Assembly (NCBI GenBank): GCA_026991555.1
Contig: JALXBI010000009.1
Coordinates: 8,984 to 72,983, forward strand
Length of the DNA: 64,000 nucleotides
Direction of reading: 5' to 3'
Source of the DNA: Candidatus Aminicenantes bacterium
Lineage (GTDB): Bacteria; Acidobacteriota; Aminicenantia; S016-38
Shown here: piece by piece, positions 9,920-19,892 of the stretch
Layout of the letters: each line of letters opens with the position of its first letter
Numbering within the stretch: the first letter of the stretch is position 1
Made by a program: the position numbers and the translations under genes
The notes under the pieces: model-generated
What the model was told of the DNA's origin: nothing
The model's database searches: none
Seen by the model: only the letters and a program-made list of their open reading frames with translations

Positions 9920-10682
9920 GCGCTTTGGATAAAAGCTGTTCCAGGGCCCTCATATCGGCTCCCACAACCCTCTCCCCATTGTCAAGGATAAAGGTGGGAA
10001 CGCCGTTTATTCCCAGTTCCCTGGCCAGGGTATCGGTCCTTTTGAGGATCTCCTCTCCCTTGGCGCATTTTTCCTTGGCCGGGTTTGCTTTTTTCTCCCA
10101 TTCCTTTGCCAGGTAGGTGTCCAGGTCAAGGCCCTTGCAGATGGCCACAGCAGCCAGGTCCGTGCCCTTAGGCCTGTGGACCGGATAAAAGAGGACTTTT
10201 AGTGTTACGTTATATCTTTTGGCTATTTCCTTTATGCTTTTTTCGGCCCTGGCGCAATAGGGGCATACAGGATCGGTGAACATATAAAGGACTCTCCTGG
10301 CTGAGGAGGATGGTTTATAGACCATGACTGTAAGTCTGTCGGCCCTAGCCCTGAGGCTTTTGAATCTGGATTTTAAAAGGGCAGCTTCCTTTTCCTGAAC
10401 CTTCTGGTAGTTCTGGTTGGTTATGCTGTTTCCTAAGGAAAAAAGATTACCCACTATCACATATCCCCTTCCCACATAAAAGGGATAAGGTTTTCCACCC
10501 AGGTCCACTATAACCTCGCAGAGGTTAAAAACTGCTTTTTTTGAAAGAATCTTTCCCTGGGGCAGCTTTGGCACATGTTTTTGCAGGGTCGCGTAGCTCA
10601 CCCCTGCGCACGGATTCTTAACCTTAGCAAAGCCAGGAGTGGCTAATGCAAACAGGAATAACAGAATGATGATTTTCTTCAT
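9909..10682 (-). CDS. DsbC-family thiol:disulfide interchange protein
   Basis: Signal peptide, FTDPVCPYC, GINGVPT cis-Pro loop. Confidence 0.88.
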   Translation of the reverse strand: MKKIIILLFLFALATPGFAKVKNPCAGVSYATLQKHVPKLPQGKILSKKAVFNLCEVIVDLGGKPYPFYVGRGYVIVGNLFSLGNSITNQNYQKVQEKEAALLKSRFKSLRARADRLTVMVYKPSSSARRVLYMFTDPVCPYCARAEKSIKEIAKRYNVTLKVLFYPVHRPKGTDLAAVAICKGLDLDTYLAKEWEKKANPAKEKCAKGEEILKRTDTLARELGINGVPTFILDNGERVVGADMRALEQLLSKALRK

Positions 10683-10730
10683 TGAAACCTCCTGGAGGGA
10701 TTTTAACAGAAGGGCGAGTTTAAGGCAAAA

Positions 10731-11246
10731 CTATCTCAGCCAGCCTGGGGGGATCCCGGCCTTTCGAGCCTGTTCATAAAGTTTATCCAGTTCCTTCCTG
10801 GCCTTTTCAAGTTCCTTTTTGGCCTTTTCCAGCTCTCCCTTTGTTTTTTCTAACTCTTCCTTTAGCTTCTTATGTGCCATGGGCCTCTGCTCTATCAGGA
10901 AACCCGTGGTAAGGGCGTTGACCTTTTTCTGAAGCTCTTCAATCCTTTTCTTCAGTGAGGCGATTTTCTCCTCAATCTTCTTTTTCCTTGATGTCCACCA
11001 TTTTTTGTCCTTCTTCCTGGAAGTTTGCCCCTCTTCTTTGCCCCCTTCCGCTGAGGAAGGGGAATATCCAATCCCTGAGACTATAACACTGGGGGCAGGG
11101 GCCTTAGCCAGATCCTCATTGGTTATTACCTTTACTGCCTTTTCCTTTTTTCTCCTCTGTTTTTCCTTTTTGGATAGCTCTACAAGAGGGGATTGCCCAA
11201 TAAGGAAGCCCGCCATAAGGATTATAGAAACCCATCTCATACTCAT
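10731..11246 (-). CDS. Secreted coiled-coil hypothetical protein
   Basis: Signal-like N-terminus, KVITNEDL, long coiled coil, C-terminal ARKAGIPPGWLR. Confidence 0.7.
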   Translation of the reverse strand: MSMRWVSIILMAGFLIGQSPLVELSKKEKQRRKKEKAVKVITNEDLAKAPAPSVIVSGIGYSPSSAEGGKEEGQTSRKKDKKWWTSRKKKIEEKIASLKKRIEELQKKVNALTTGFLIEQRPMAHKKLKEELEKTKGELEKAKKELEKARKELDKLYEQARKAGIPPGWLR

Positions 11247-11259
11247 CCTCCTTTAAATA

Positions 11260-13377
11260 TTATATAATCCTTATGCTCAAAATTTCATCCTGGGCGTTAA
11301 GGTCCCGGTATACCTGATTCCACTGGTTTCTGTCCTTTATGTCCAGGGTAATGAATATGGTGCCGGTGCCATCACCTACGGACCCTCCCTCTATTCCTGA
11401 CACGTTTATACTGTATTTTGAAATAAGGTCCAGTATTTCCTTTAGAATTCCCGGCCGATCTATTACCCTGACCTCCAGGGATATGCTCTGTTTTTCGTCC
11501 TCCCCTCCGGCCCACCGGGCCTTCCTTATCCTGGAGGGATCCAGAAGGCCCTGAAGATAAAGGGGACAGGCCCTGGAATGTATTTTGATACCCCTTTTGG
11601 TAACATAGGCGAAAATCTCATCTCCCCGGATAGGTCTGCAGCATCTGGCAAATTCCACCTCTATGTCCTGGAGTCCATCCACAATCACCGAAGGTTTTCT
11701 CTTAGGTTTTTTCTTCCTTCGTAACTCCTCCTTAAATTTTTCAGGGAAAAGCCTTCTAAGAAGGCGGGAGGATAGGGTTATGGCCTCTTTACCAAGGAGA
11801 TAGAAAAAATAATCCGGATCCTTTATGTTAAGGTGTTTTAGTCTCCTCTCCAGCTCATCCTCCGTCACCTCCCCCAGGATTTTTTTATTCCTCTGAAGAA
11901 ATTCCTCCCACATTCTCCTTCCCTGGGGAATGAGCTTGCTCTTTTCGCTCTTCCGGAACCAGGTCTTTATTTTCTGTCTCGCCCTCTGGGTTTTTACGAA
12001 GTTTAACCAGTCCATGGAAGGGGTAGCCCTGGGATCTGTAATTATCTCCACTACCTGGCCGGACCGGAGGGGTTTCTTGAGGGAGTATCTCATTCCATCT
12101 ACTTTGGCCCCAATGGCGTGATTGCCTATTTCCGTGTGGATGGCATAGGCAAAATCAAGGGGGGTGGAACCTGCAGGAAGCTCTATGGTATGGCCCTTGG
12201 GAGTCTGAACATAAATTACCTCCCTTACCTCAAGGCTCCTTCCTATATTTTTCATTAGTTCCCCGGCCTTTAAATCGCTCTGAAGCTCCCTGACGAAGTC
12301 CAGAGCTTCTTTTATGTAGCTTCTGTCCTCCTTATAAGCGAGGTGGGAAGCTGAGCCCAGTTCGGCCTCCCTGTGCATTTCCTCAGTCCTTATCTGAATT
12401 TCAAACTTATTTCCTCCTGCGATTATGGTGGTATGCAACGAGCGATACCCGTTGGGTTTGGGGCTTGCTATCCAATCCCTTAGCCTGGCCTGTATAGGGG
12501 TCCAGTTTTTGTGCACTATACCCAAAATCTGATAACAGCGATCTACGGTGTCCGTGATAATCCTCAGGGCGAGCAGATCGTCAATGCTGGTAAGGTCCAC
12601 CCCTTTCCTTCTCATTTTCCTGAAGATGCTGTAAAGCCTTTTCACCCGGGACTGAATTCTGAAGGGGATTCCTTCCCTCCTAAGCACATCTTCAAGCATG
12701 GCCTGCATCTTCCTGAGTTTTCCTTGGAATTCAGCCATCCTTGAGGAGACGAGTTTTTCCAGCCTGGAATATTCCTCAGGGTAAAGATATCGGAAACTGA
12801 GGTCCTCCAGGTCTCCCTTTACCTTCCCCATACCCATCATGTGAGCAATGGGAACATATATAGTTAAGGTTTCCTCGGCAATTCTTTTTCTTTTATGGGG
12901 GGGCAGGAACTGGAGGGTCTTCATGTTATGGAGCCTGTCCGCCAGTTTTACTTTTAATATCCTGGGTTCCTCCATGGAGGAGAGAAAGAGCTTCAAAATG
13001 GAGGCAACCTGCCTTTCTGATGAGGAGAAACCCTTACCTTCCGATTCGGGTATTTTCACCCTGGACAGCTTGGTGAGGGCGTCAACAATAAAAGCCACCT
13101 CTTTTCCGAAAAGTTTTTCCAGCTCCGCTTTTTCCACCCCGGCATCCTCTATTACATCGTGCAGCAGGCCCGCAATTACCGTAATATAATCCGAACCCCA
13201 GGTGGCTAAGGTATAGGCAACCTCTAAGGGATGGGTTAGATAGGGGTCCCCGGAAGCCCTCCACTGGTCCTGGTGAGCTCTGGCAGCAAAAAGCCAGGCT
13301 CTTCTTAAAAGCTTCAGGTCCGCTTCTGGTTGATTTTTCAGGACAAGATCCTCAAGATCCTCGTAACGAATTTGCAA
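11260..13377 (-). CDS. spoT: Bifunctional (p)ppGpp synthetase/hydrolase (long RSH)
   Basis: HD motif LLHDVIED, KLADRLHNM, PKPNGYRSLH, EIQIRT, TGS (TPLDFAYAIHT), CC and ACT domains; TTG start. Confidence 0.95.
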   Translation of the reverse strand: MQIRYEDLEDLVLKNQPEADLKLLRRAWLFAARAHQDQWRASGDPYLTHPLEVAYTLATWGSDYITVIAGLLHDVIEDAGVEKAELEKLFGKEVAFIVDALTKLSRVKIPESEGKGFSSSERQVASILKLFLSSMEEPRILKVKLADRLHNMKTLQFLPPHKRKRIAEETLTIYVPIAHMMGMGKVKGDLEDLSFRYLYPEEYSRLEKLVSSRMAEFQGKLRKMQAMLEDVLRREGIPFRIQSRVKRLYSIFRKMRRKGVDLTSIDDLLALRIITDTVDRCYQILGIVHKNWTPIQARLRDWIASPKPNGYRSLHTTIIAGGNKFEIQIRTEEMHREAELGSASHLAYKEDRSYIKEALDFVRELQSDLKAGELMKNIGRSLEVREVIYVQTPKGHTIELPAGSTPLDFAYAIHTEIGNHAIGAKVDGMRYSLKKPLRSGQVVEIITDPRATPSMDWLNFVKTQRARQKIKTWFRKSEKSKLIPQGRRMWEEFLQRNKKILGEVTEDELERRLKHLNIKDPDYFFYLLGKEAITLSSRLLRRLFPEKFKEELRRKKKPKRKPSVIVDGLQDIEVEFARCCRPIRGDEIFAYVTKRGIKIHSRACPLYLQGLLDPSRIRKARWAGGEDEKQSISLEVRVIDRPGILKEILDLISKYSINVSGIEGGSVGDGTGTIFITLDIKDRNQWNQVYRDLNAQDEILSIRII

Positions 13378-13422
13378 TTTTCCTCCCCTTTTTTAAACTA
13401 TAACATATATAATAGTCCTTTG

Positions 13423-13431
13423 TGGTAGAAT
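13423..13431 (+). promoter_or_regulatory. Extended -10 promoter (TGGTAGAAT) for rpoZ
   Basis: TGn-TAGAAT 18 nt before the rpoZ ATG. Confidence 0.5.
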
Positions 13432-13449
13432 ATCCAGCGGAGGGATAAA

Positions 13450-13650
13450 ATGAGGCTTAAGGAAAACAGATATCTTTATACACTGAAAGTGGCCAAGAGG
13501 GCCAGGCAAATTCTCGAAGGGGCCAGGCCACTGGTTCAAACTAATTTCAGGAACCCCATAAAAATAGCCCATGCGGAGTTTCAGACCGGCAAGCTCGACT
13601 CGTCTTCAATCGTCATAAACCCTGTGGAGGATTTCTCTTTCTATAAGTGA
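13450..13650 (+). CDS. rpoZ: RNA polymerase omega subunit
   Basis: NRY..LKVAKRARQI, PIKIAHAEF; 66 aa; adjacent to the RSH gene. Confidence 0.85.
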   Translation: MRLKENRYLYTLKVAKRARQILEGARPLVQTNFRNPIKIAHAEFQTGKLDSSSIVINPVEDFSFYK

Positions 13651-14511
13651 TCCGAGTCCAAGAGCCCTGCCCTGAATTTCCTCCCTCAGATATTTAAGGG
13701 TAATGGGGATATAGCGTGAAAAATATTTCTTTCCCCTTTTTATCTGATAGGCAAAGGTTCCTAAGGCCTTCAAGTGCCTTTGAAGGGAGACAAGGATATA
13801 ATTTTCAGAAATCAGCTCCCTTTCAAAATCCTTTCTCTCTGTAGCAGAGAAATATATGTAATTATCCCTGAGGAGGGAAGCGTAATCGTAGGGGCCTGGC
13901 CCCATCATGCAATCCTGGTAATCCAGTATAAGGATTTTACCGTCCTTCAGGAAGACATTTCTTGAATGCAGGTCCCTGTGGTTGGGAACCATTCGGCTGT
14001 AATCTATTTCTGAGACCAGCTCTGAGAAGGCTTCCTTCCAGAGGGTTTCAGGAACTGAGGAATTTTCCTTTATGAAATGCTGATATGTGAAGTTTAGCTC
14101 CTTGGAAAACCTTTCCCGGTCCAGGGCCCTGGTTTTTACCGGGTGGCCCGAGGGAAGAAGCCCGCTCCCGTAGGTTTGAAGGACCTTTACAAGGGAAAGA
14201 AGCTGGTGGTAAATAGGTTTCCATTTTCCTCCTTTTTTTACGAATTCCTCTAAGGAGAGGTCCCCGGCATCCTCCATGAGGATGGCCCTCCAGGAGAGAA
14301 AAACATCGTAAATTCTGGGGAGGGGAAGTATGGCGGATAGGAAACGGTGAACTCTTAGCTGTAGCTCCAGACCCTGGCCGGAAAATTTCATGAGCACGAA
14401 GTTCTCGCTCCCCTTCCTGAGCCTGTAGAATTCCCTCTCCGATGCATCTCCCTTGAGTTTTTCCACTGAAGAAAAACCCCTATTTTCCAGAAATCGGATA
14501 AATTCTCCCAT
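13606..14511 (-). CDS. amgK: AmgK-like anomeric MurNAc/GlcNAc kinase (APH fold)
   Basis: GDASEREFYR, HRDLHSRN, LDYQD, YDYASLLRD, QRHLKALGTF; adjacent nucleotidyltransferase. Confidence 0.75.
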   Translation of the reverse strand: MGEFIRFLENRGFSSVEKLKGDASEREFYRLRKGSENFVLMKFSGQGLELQLRVHRFLSAILPLPRIYDVFLSWRAILMEDAGDLSLEEFVKKGGKWKPIYHQLLSLVKVLQTYGSGLLPSGHPVKTRALDRERFSKELNFTYQHFIKENSSVPETLWKEAFSELVSEIDYSRMVPNHRDLHSRNVFLKDGKILILDYQDCMMGPGPYDYASLLRDNYIYFSATERKDFERELISENYILVSLQRHLKALGTFAYQIKRGKKYFSRYIPITLKYLREEIQGRALGLGSLIEREILHRVYDD

Positions 14512-15292
14512 CTATAAAGATTTTCCCTTCTATGAATTCTCCCGCAGGAACCCTTCCCCTGACAATTATAGAATTTATAACCGCAGCCCCCCTTTCCACC
14601 ACCGCATCCCTCATTATAACCGACGCCTCCACTAAGGCTAAGGGAGGGACCTGGGCTCCCTCTTCAACCCATACCCTGTTCCCGTGGGCTTCAAGGTAAG
14701 ATGTGGGGTCAGTAAATTCCAGGGCTTGGGCCATGAATCCCTGCACCGGATGGTGGGCAGCGAAATCAAGAACCAGGTTTCCTTCCGGAGGAATTTCCCC
14801 AAGAATTTCCCGGGAAATAATCATGGCCCCACAATAGAAATGCCCCCCTTGGCCAAGGACAAGCCTGTTGTCCCTGATGCTGACCCTGGTATATCCCTCC
14901 CTGTATGGGCAGAGAGCTAAGGTTATAGGAGCCTTTCCCCTCCGGTGTGTTTCTATAAAATCGCTATAGGAGGAAAGGAAGAGGCTGTCCCCATTTTGGA
15001 CGATCACATCATCCTTTATGGAAAATGCCTCCACCATTCTCCTTATCCCTCCGCAGGTTCCCAGGAGCCTCTCCTCCAAGGAGAGGGCTAAGGGAAAACC
15101 CTCAAGGGCCCTTACCACTTCCCAGGGCAGGTGATAAAGGTTTACCCCTAAGTGGTCCACATGAAGGGAAAGTCCGGAAGCTATTCTTTTTATAATGGGG
15201 ATTCCCTTGAAGGGAAGGGAGGGTTTTGCCCTTGCCTGGGTAAGAGGAAGCATTCTCCGACCCTGTCCCGCTGCTAAAATAAGGCCCCACAT
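14480..15292 (-). CDS. MurU-like nucleotidyltransferase
   Basis: LILAAGQGRRMLPLT..RAKP, LGTCGG, NGD; paired with amgK. Confidence 0.8.
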   Translation of the reverse strand: MWGLILAAGQGRRMLPLTQARAKPSLPFKGIPIIKRIASGLSLHVDHLGVNLYHLPWEVVRALEGFPLALSLEERLLGTCGGIRRMVEAFSIKDDVIVQNGDSLFLSSYSDFIETHRRGKAPITLALCPYREGYTRVSIRDNRLVLGQGGHFYCGAMIISREILGEIPPEGNLVLDFAAHHPVQGFMAQALEFTDPTSYLEAHGNRVWVEEGAQVPPLALVEASVIMRDAVVERGAAVINSIIVRGRVPAGEFIEGKIFIDGRIYPISGK

Positions 15293-15813
15293 CAGAACTT
15301 CAAACTGGAAAGCCCCTTTTCTAAGGCCATCTCCACATAGGTTTTTTTAATATAATGGTTCCTGGAAAAGCCCAAGCTCCTGCAAATCCTGTCTATTGCC
15401 TCAGGCTCCCCTTCTACCTCCACGAAATTCCCTAAGGGGGTTCTGTCCAAGGAAACGAGCACATCACCCGCCAAATAGTTTTTCCTTTCCTTCTCGTAAT
15501 AAAATGCCGGTTGGAAACCCAATTTTTCCAGAATTTTCGCCATGGCATCCGGGGAGGAAATCCCGGTCTGGATTTCCTCCCTTACCTTGAAGTTAGGGTC
15601 CTTTATGGGTCTCCCCTTATAGGTCAAAACAGCCCTTTGGTCGCAGACCCTCAACCTCAGGGCTTCTCCCCTCCGGAAAAGTTCCCCGTCCCTGTCAAAG
15701 AGGTAATTCCTTTCAAAACAGCGATCCTTAAACCTGGCTCCCATTTCCAGAAGTTTTTTCTCAATTTCCCCTAAGTCCTCCACCTTCAGTTTTATCTCCC
15801 TTTCAAATTCCAT
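15292..15813 (-). CDS. cyaB: CYTH-domain protein (class IV adenylate cyclase-like)
   Basis: ExExK (EREIK), LRLR, LTYKG, REEI, YEKER, FVEVEG. Confidence 0.85.
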   Translation of the reverse strand: MEFEREIKLKVEDLGEIEKKLLEMGARFKDRCFERNYLFDRDGELFRRGEALRLRVCDQRAVLTYKGRPIKDPNFKVREEIQTGISSPDAMAKILEKLGFQPAFYYEKERKNYLAGDVLVSLDRTPLGNFVEVEGEPEAIDRICRSLGFSRNHYIKKTYVEMALEKGLSSLKF

Positions 15814-16747
15814 AAAGTCCCCTCAGGTCAAGGTGCTCCATTATCACATCCCGCCAGGGGGAGGGAGGAAAAGAATTCAGTATTTCTCTGGCCCTATTGA
15901 GGTATTTCTCCATTACCCCAAGAGCCTTTTCCGCGGCTCCGCTCTTTATAACATCGCTCCTTACCAACTCGAAGTCTATGGGTTTTCTGGTTCGGAAGAA
16001 TTCCCGGATATCTTCAGAAAACCTGCCTCCTTCCTCAAGGTAGTAAATATACGGCAGGGAAAGCTTCCCTTCCCTCAGGTCAGAAAGGGTGGGCTTTTTC
16101 AATTTTTCCCGATCCAAAACTATGTCCGCCACATCGTCTAAAATCTGAAAAGCCATGCCGAATTTTTCCCCTAATTCCTTAGATTTTCTCTCTGCCCTTT
16201 GGTCCCCTTTTAAAATCGCAGGCAGGGAAGCGCTGAGGACAAACAACCGGGCAGTTTTACCGTTTATTATCCTGAAGTAATCCTCCTCGCTCAGGTCTTC
16301 CCTGAAAAGGTTGAGGCTTTCGTCCATCTCGCCGCTTATCATCCCTTCAACTTCCTCGGCCATGGCCTCAATCACCCTCATGTTTTTGAACTGGGTGGCT
16401 ATGGAGATGGCTTTAATATAGAGCAGGTCTCCCAGAATTACTGCCTGGTCAGTGCCGAAGACTAAGTGGGCGCTTTTGAGGCCCCTTCTCTCCTCGGCCT
16501 CGTCTATTATGTCGTCATGATAAAGGGAGGCTGAATGGATCAGTTCCACCGCTGCCCCAAGTTTTATAAGGGGCTCCTCCTCACAATTCAAAATCTTTCC
16601 CAGGGCGAAAAGCAGAAGTGCCCTTATCCTTTTTCCTGACGAGCTGGAAAGGTAATCCACCTGTTGAGGGGTAAGCCCTTTTATGCTGCGGTAGGTTTGG
16701 CGAAGAAATTCTTCAACCCTCTCCCTTATTTTTCCAATAAGGTTCAT
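15803..16747 (-). CDS. Polyprenyl diphosphate synthase
   Basis: GKRIR, HDDIID..RRG, KTARLF, FQILDDVAD. Confidence 0.93.
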   Translation of the reverse strand: MNLIGKIRERVEEFLRQTYRSIKGLTPQQVDYLSSSSGKRIRALLLFALGKILNCEEEPLIKLGAAVELIHSASLYHDDIIDEAEERRGLKSAHLVFGTDQAVILGDLLYIKAISIATQFKNMRVIEAMAEEVEGMISGEMDESLNLFREDLSEEDYFRIINGKTARLFVLSASLPAILKGDQRAERKSKELGEKFGMAFQILDDVADIVLDREKLKKPTLSDLREGKLSLPYIYYLEEGGRFSEDIREFFRTRKPIDFELVRSDVIKSGAAEKALGVMEKYLNRAREILNSFPPSPWRDVIMEHLDLRGLYGI

Positions 16748-16776
16748 AAAAAAGTTTTATCAAAAGGGAAGTAGGT

Positions 16777-16805
16777 TTGCAAATCCCCGGGTTTTTTTCT
16801 AAGAT
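16777..16805 (+). promoter_or_regulatory. Sigma70 promoter, leaderless arrangement
   Basis: TTGCAA-N17-TAAGAT, ATG 6 nt downstream at 16812. Confidence 0.55.
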
Positions 16806-16811
16806 TTTCCC

Positions 16812-18563
16812 ATGATAAAGAGGATAGGGGAAATTTCTATTTCTAAGGAAGACCTGAGAAAATATGTCCAGGAAATTAATCTTTCCCAGAAGGCCTTCCC
16901 TATAAAGGAGCAAAGGGAGGCCATGGTGGCCCTTTTAAAGGCCTGGGATGAGGCCTCTAACCGGGAGAACATCATTCTTCTTTCCAGGGATTTTGGTGAG
17001 GATTATCCTAAGTTGAGGGTTTACGGGGTCCTTTCCCACGACTGGCCGGGCCTGGCGGATACCACCATGGGATTGTTCCACGAAAAGGGGTGGAATATTT
17101 ACTTCATCAAAGCCTTTTCCATGGAGCACTTAGGGCAGGATCTGGGAATAATTCTGATAGCTATAAGGGTTGAGAATGAAGATAAGATGAAAAAACTTCG
17201 CCAGGACGAAGAGGATATCCTGGGAAACATTGAATATGTGATAACAGGCTCCCTTTCCAAACAATCCCTTATAGCAGAGGAGATAAAAAAGCTGAAAATT
17301 TATGGGAGGATTGTGGAGGCAATAAAAAAGCTTTACGACGGTCCATATCTGAAGGAAATTATCGAGGAAGAAGCGGTAAAATTCGTTTCGGCCCGTTCCA
17401 GGGAATACCTTGAGGAGAGGAGAATTGAGGACCTTGCCAGGCTTGTTATAGACAACAGGATCTTCGTGGAAAAGGTCCTTCAGGAGGAAAGGCCCCAGGT
17501 TAGAATAAGGGACCTTCCCACGAGGAGGGGAATTTTTACCGCCCTTACCGCCTTTGATAGGGTTGAGAACCTTTCCATGGAAGATCTTATACGCATTATC
17601 TGGCACATTTATCCTGAACACAGAATCATGTTTTACAAGGAGTACAAAAGAAAAGGTGTGGCAGTAGTTCACCTTGAGGTGGTGGACGAGAATTCCAATC
17701 CCTTGCCGCCTGGAATTAAGAAAAAAATAGAGGAATTCCTGTCCAACCCCTTCCTGATAAAACAGGCCCGAAGGGCAGGGAGAATCCAGAGAATCGGAGG
17801 ATTCGAACATTACGCCAGGGCAATAATCCCGGTTTTAGTGAGGGAAGCCCAGAATACAGGGCTGCCCCAGGTTTTCTTCTCGGTGGTGGGTTCCGATGAG
17901 TTCTATATTCATTTTAAATTAATAATCGTGCACAGGGAGGAGGTAACTTATCGGATAATAGAGGAACTTCAGAAGATAAATGGGGTTGAAATAAGGGCAG
18001 CGAAGATTCCTAAGCAAATGGGCAATTGGTACCACACTGTAATAGATATAAGGGTTGCTCTGGAGTTCTTTCCTTCGGTTGAGGACATATATACTCAGTT
18101 GAAAAATAGTCTTGAAAAGGTCATGGGCAGGTTTAGGGATTTTGACAAGGGCATGCGAGAGATGGAGAAGACCAAATTTTCCCACATTTCCGAAACCCTC
18201 AAGGAAATTCCCGACAGAATCCTCAGGACCTTTTACTTTAGCTTAGAAGATTTTTACCGGGTTAGCGCTCCCCAGGAGGAAATAGAGGACCTGATGAAAA
18301 TGGGCTGGGAATGTTATGGAGTTGAAGGGGTTCCATGTTATAAATTGAAGGTGCAAAACTCTACCGGCCTTCTGGTCCTGAAGGTGGAACACGACCCTCG
18401 GATCCTGCCGGAGCTTGCCGAGGTCTTCTACTCTAACACGCCTATAATTTCCAGAGCTGAATTTGAGGCCTGGGACATAATATTTCTTGTTTTAAGGGAA
18501 TGCAACGGGAAGGGGGAACTTAAGGATAAACTCAATAAGTTACTGGGAAGAGAGAAAGGATAA
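16812..18563 (+). CDS. Hypothetical protein with ACT-like domain(s)
   Basis: 583-aa ORF; HDWPGLADTTMGLFHEKGWNI resembles the ACT signature. Confidence 0.6.
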   Translation: MIKRIGEISISKEDLRKYVQEINLSQKAFPIKEQREAMVALLKAWDEASNRENIILLSRDFGEDYPKLRVYGVLSHDWPGLADTTMGLFHEKGWNIYFIKAFSMEHLGQDLGIILIAIRVENEDKMKKLRQDEEDILGNIEYVITGSLSKQSLIAEEIKKLKIYGRIVEAIKKLYDGPYLKEIIEEEAVKFVSARSREYLEERRIEDLARLVIDNRIFVEKVLQEERPQVRIRDLPTRRGIFTALTAFDRVENLSMEDLIRIIWHIYPEHRIMFYKEYKRKGVAVVHLEVVDENSNPLPPGIKKKIEEFLSNPFLIKQARRAGRIQRIGGFEHYARAIIPVLVREAQNTGLPQVFFSVVGSDEFYIHFKLIIVHREEVTYRIIEELQKINGVEIRAAKIPKQMGNWYHTVIDIRVALEFFPSVEDIYTQLKNSLEKVMGRFRDFDKGMREMEKTKFSHISETLKEIPDRILRTFYFSLEDFYRVSAPQEEIEDLMKMGWECYGVEGVPCYKLKVQNSTGLLVLKVEHDPRILPELAEVFYSNTPIISRAEFEAWDIIFLVLRECNGKGELKDKLNKLLGREKG

Positions 18564-18574
18564 TTTTGAACCTC

Positions 18575-18583
18575 TGATATAAT
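18575..18583 (+). promoter_or_regulatory. Extended -10 (TGATATAAT) for rpmE-prfA-prmC
   Basis: TGn-TATAAT followed by an AGGAGG SD and ATG at 18610. Confidence 0.6.
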
Positions 18584-18609
18584 ATTTCGGTAAAGGAAAG
18601 GAGGAGAGC

Positions 18610-18822
18610 ATGAAAAAGGGAATACATCCTAAGTATTACCAATGCGTGGTCACCTGCGCCTGCGGAAATACCTTCGTTACTCGCTCAACCAAAAAGGAAA
18701 TTCATGTGGAAGTTTGCAATCTCTGCCATCCCTTCTTTACCGGAAAACAGAAAATAGTGGACTCCTCGGGAAGGGTTGAAAAATTCCGCAGGAAATACGG
18801 TGAAAACTACGCTAAAAGGTGA
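18610..18822 (+). CDS. rpmE: 50S ribosomal protein L31, Zn-binding type
   Basis: [26 protein letters not shown]. Confidence 0.98.
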   Translation: MKKGIHPKYYQCVVTCACGNTFVTRSTKKEIHVEVCNLCHPFFTGKQKIVDSSGRVEKFRRKYGENYAKR

Positions 18823-19892
18823 TGTTTGAGCGCTTAGAGGGGATAGAGAGGAAATTCCAGGAAATAGAAAGAAAATTAGCCTCCCAGGAGATTCTTAAGG
18901 ATCCCGGTAAATTCAAAAGTCTGGCCAAGGAAAGGGCCGAGCTTGAACCCATAGTCTCCAAATTTCGCCAATATAAGAGTGTTCTTGGCAAAATAAAGGA
19001 AGCCAAGGAAATTCTCAAGGAAGGGGATAAAGAACTCAGGGAGCTGGCTGAGGAGGAGCTTAGGGAACTCAATTCCCAGCTCAAGGAAATCGAGAAGGAA
19101 CTAAAATTCCTGCTTCTTCCCAAGGATCCCAACGACGAAAGGAATGTAATATTAGAGATAAGAGCAGGAGCCGGGGGTGAAGAAGCTGCCCTTTTTGTGG
19201 GGGATCTTTTCAGGATGTATACCAGATATGCGGAGAGAAAGGGGTGGAAGACGGAAATTCTGGACTCGCATCCTTCCTCCTTAGGGGGATTCAAGGAAGT
19301 GGTGGTTCTTGTTAAGGGCAAGGGGGCATATAGCCGATTTAAATTTGAAAGTGGGGTGCACCGGGTGCAGAGAGTGCCGGTTACGGAAACCGGCGGTAGG
19401 ATTCACACCTCCACCGCTACTGTGGCGGTTCTTCCCGAGGCAGACGAGATAGACGTGAAAATAGATCCCAAGGACCTCAGGATTGAAGCCTTTGGAGCAT
19501 CAGGGCCCGGGGGACAAAATGTGAACAGAAACTATACTGCCATAAGGATAACCCATCTCCCCACGGGGATTGTGGTTTCGTGTCAGGACGAAAAATCCCA
19601 GCATCGCAATAAGGAAAAGGCTATGAAAATACTGAGGGCCCGGCTCTACGAGCTTGAGAGGAAAAAACAGCAGGAAGCCATAACCCAGAGCCGCAGGGCT
19701 CAGGTGGGAAGCGGGGAAAGGAGCGAAAAAATAAGAACATATAATTTTCCCCAGAACCGGGTTTCGGACCATCGCATCAACTATACTGTCCACAACCTTG
19801 AAGCGGTCCTCGACGGGGAGCTTGACGAAATAATAGACAGGCTCATAGCCAACTACCAGGCAGAGAAGCTCAAGGAAAAGAAGCTGGCTTGA
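18819..19892 (+). CDS. prfA: Peptide chain release factor 1
   Basis: PVT tripeptide, [13 protein letters not shown]. Confidence 0.98.
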   Translation: MMFERLEGIERKFQEIERKLASQEILKDPGKFKSLAKERAELEPIVSKFRQYKSVLGKIKEAKEILKEGDKELRELAEEELRELNSQLKEIEKELKFLLLPKDPNDERNVILEIRAGAGGEEAALFVGDLFRMYTRYAERKGWKTEILDSHPSSLGGFKEVVVLVKGKGAYSRFKFESGVHRVQRVPVTETGGRIHTSTATVAVLPEADEIDVKIDPKDLRIEAFGASGPGGQNVNRNYTAIRITHLPTGIVVSCQDEKSQHRNKEKAMKILRARLYELERKKQQEAITQSRRAQVGSGERSEKIRTYNFPQNRVSDHRINYTVHNLEAVLDGELDEIIDRLIANYQAEKLKEKKLA

